Below, in pieces: positions 23,998 through 25,625 of a stretch of DNA of 25,625 bases. A program made the position numbers and the translations under genes. The first letter of the stretch is position 1. Every line of letters begins with the position of its first letter. The stretch comes from a virus (taxonomy: Duplodnaviria > Caudoviricetes), in the IMG/VR virus record IMGVR_UViG_3300023180_000361, positions 1-25,625 of that record; one strand, given 5' to 3'. The notes beneath the pieces are model-generated. The model was given only the letters and a program-made list of their open reading frames with translations. It was not told where the DNA came from and made no database searches.

Positions 23998-25623
23998 TTA
24001 TTGAATTTGGTAGGTCACAGAGAAACGCAGATAGGTGTTGTCCGTAAAGTTTGATTCGTCTAAGGGGGATGTCCCTGTGGCACCCCAATCATAAAGGTCA
24101 ATGGTAGTATCGTTGGCTGCAACTTGACCCGTTGGCACGCTTGTTAAGCCAGCCATATTGGCTGTGAGTCCCAAAAGCATTGACCCCATTGAGGTGCCAC
24201 CAACTGATGTGAACGGAAGCCCGGTTATTTTGGCAGCACCATTGCTGGAGCCTTTTAGCGATAGGTTGATAGCACCCCGAACAATGCACTGGTTGCCGAT
24301 GCGCGTATAAAATCCCGACGCAGACGATGCGGACAGTCCAACAGACCCACCTCCAAAACTTATGGAAGGAGTCCACGTTCCGGTTTCATACACTGGTTGC
24401 TCCCGCCCAGTCAATGTGACACTGGTTCCTGTGCCGACAAAGGCATTGTCGCTATTGTCATACAGTTTATTGGTGCTGGTGTCATAGCGTTCGCTGCGGA
24501 AGTCTGCGAGGGTTCCTATCTCTGTGATAGTTATATCGGTTATGTAAGTTATATCATCTCCGCCAACATCATCGAACACCTGAACCCCATCGTCGAACTG
24601 ATATATCTCTACTGTTGCATCCGTAGAGACCGCCTCAAACTCAATGGTATCCCAGGCATCCAGAGTTGACCCGAGAGCCGAATACTCGCTGGAGTTATTC
24701 CATCTCGCTTTAATGCCGTTAACATTTGATTGACCAGATGGAATATAATAGCTGAACTTTATTCGGTATCGTTTTCCTACTGTTGCACCTACATTGCGAT
24801 AAACGTAATGTATAGAACTGCCAGCAGAAGTGGTGATTTGCAGTAAATTTGATTTAGCATCAATCGGTCCAGATGCCTGTGATATTGAGGTATTAGAGAA
24901 CCCCCAGCTATCAGTGGTTGAAGTAAAATTACTTGTATAAACACCCCCATTCGCCCCACCCCATTCTTCAGAAAATCCCAAATCATTTCCGCGAGCAAGC
25001 TCGGCCACTTCGTCAGCTGACAATGCCCGATTGTAAACCCTCACAGACCTGACGTGCTGCTGCCCCCGAGTGTTGGAGAACCTGCCGATATAACCAACAG
25101 CACCTGTGTCGGACATACCACCATAATTGACATTCGGGAATCCAGTAGAGGCCACTGCTGACCCGTTGACGTAATGCGTCACATTGTCAGGTGCCGTAGT
25201 GCCAAACGTTGATGCATCCGCTCCCGTGTAAACAGAGGCAACGTGTAACCATTGACCGTCATATGCGGATAGAGTTGTGTCCGTATCGTTGTAGCAAGCA
25301 TCGCCCGTGGAATCAATCAGCTCCATCCTGAGTTTGTTGGTTGCAGAAATATAGCACGCAAACTGTCGCTTCGTTGACGCGGATTCGTGCAACCCGAAAA
25401 GAAACGTGTTCGCTACCGAATCTGCTTTCACCCACCCCTCAACAGTAAACGGGAGGTCATTTGTCCCATCTGTAAAAGCGAATTTTGGGTCTGCCGCAAC
25501 GGTTATATCCGAGCTGCTCCCGTCGAAATACAAAGCAGGTGCCGTGGTCTTCAGCGCATTAGCCTGTGCGTCCTCGTCTTTGGAGTTGACTTCCAAATTT
25601 GTTCGTGCACCAGCTGCTGTAGT
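23998..25623 (-). CDS. Tail fibre / receptor-binding protein with LamG (concanavalin A-like) domain, 5' truncated
   Basis: Frame is open to the window edge (TTAAGARTNL). LamG motifs ALYFDG, FTVEGWV, WLHVASVY, HYVNG and VRVYNRALSADEV; C-terminal YETGTWTP...GFYTRIGN fibre-tip domain. Confidence 0.85.
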   Translation of the reverse strand, partial: TTAAGARTNLEVNSKDEDAQANALKTTAPALYFDGSSSDITVAADPKFAFTDGTNDLPFTVEGWVKADSVANTFLFGLHESASTKRQFACYISATNKLRMELIDSTGDACYNDTDTTLSAYDGQWLHVASVYTGADASTFGTTAPDNVTHYVNGSAVASTGFPNVNYGGMSDTGAVGYIGRFSNTRGQQHVRSVRVYNRALSADEVAELARGNDLGFSEEWGGANGGVYTSNFTSTTDSWGFSNTSISQASGPIDAKSNLLQITTSAGSSIHYVYRNVGATVGKRYRIKFSYYIPSGQSNVNGIKARWNNSSEYSALGSTLDAWDTIEFEAVSTDATVEIYQFDDGVQVFDDVGGDDITYITDITITEIGTLADFRSERYDTSTNKLYDNSDNAFVGTGTSVTLTGREQPVYETGTWTPSISFGGGSVGLSASSASGFYTRIGNQCIVRGAINLSLKGSSNGAAKITGLPFTSVGGTSMGSMLLGLTANMAGLTSVPTGQVAANDTTIDLYDWGATGTSPLDESNFTDNTYLRFSVTYQIQ

Positions 25624-25625
25624 CG

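Noticed and set aside
15744-25625. Diversity-generating retroelement acting on fibre or ejection genes
   Set aside because: No reverse transcriptase gene and no long repeat pair differing at adenines were seen; the 21-bp repeat is short and in-frame in both copies.

Overview
This window is a 25.6-kb segment of a temperate podovirus-like (T7/P22-style short tail) phage genome in its excised, attP-intact form; nearly all genes are on the minus strand. In transcription order (right to left) it holds: a truncated LamG-type tail fibre, a holin and a lipoprotein, tail adaptor and nozzle genes, three internal/ejection proteins ending in a ~2,326-aa polyvalent protein, two terminators, an attP containing the 3' half of tRNA-Arg(ACG), and a tyrosine integrase. 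These are followed by a ribbon-helix-helix (RHH) regulatory switch, recombination genes (ERF, Cas4-like nuclease, SSB-like protein, resolvase), dNMP kinase, a DnaA-C domain protein, a replication initiator with DnaC-like loader, a terminase small subunit and a C5 methyltransferase. Four observations stand out. (1) A promoter at attP would produce an integrase leader RNA that folds the tRNA half into a four-way junction closed by a 16-bp helix, a structure that integration would destroy. (2) The giant virion protein carries cassettes (ASCH, an unknown domain, an HhH-glycosylase-like domain) delimited by a recurring [F/Y]EPG linker with identical codons. (3) The methyltransferase is split over two overlapping 278-codon reading frames. 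(4) The regulatory switch appears to use only RHH proteins, with 11-bp-phased operator repeats. All family assignments come from motif recognition by eye; no database searches were run.
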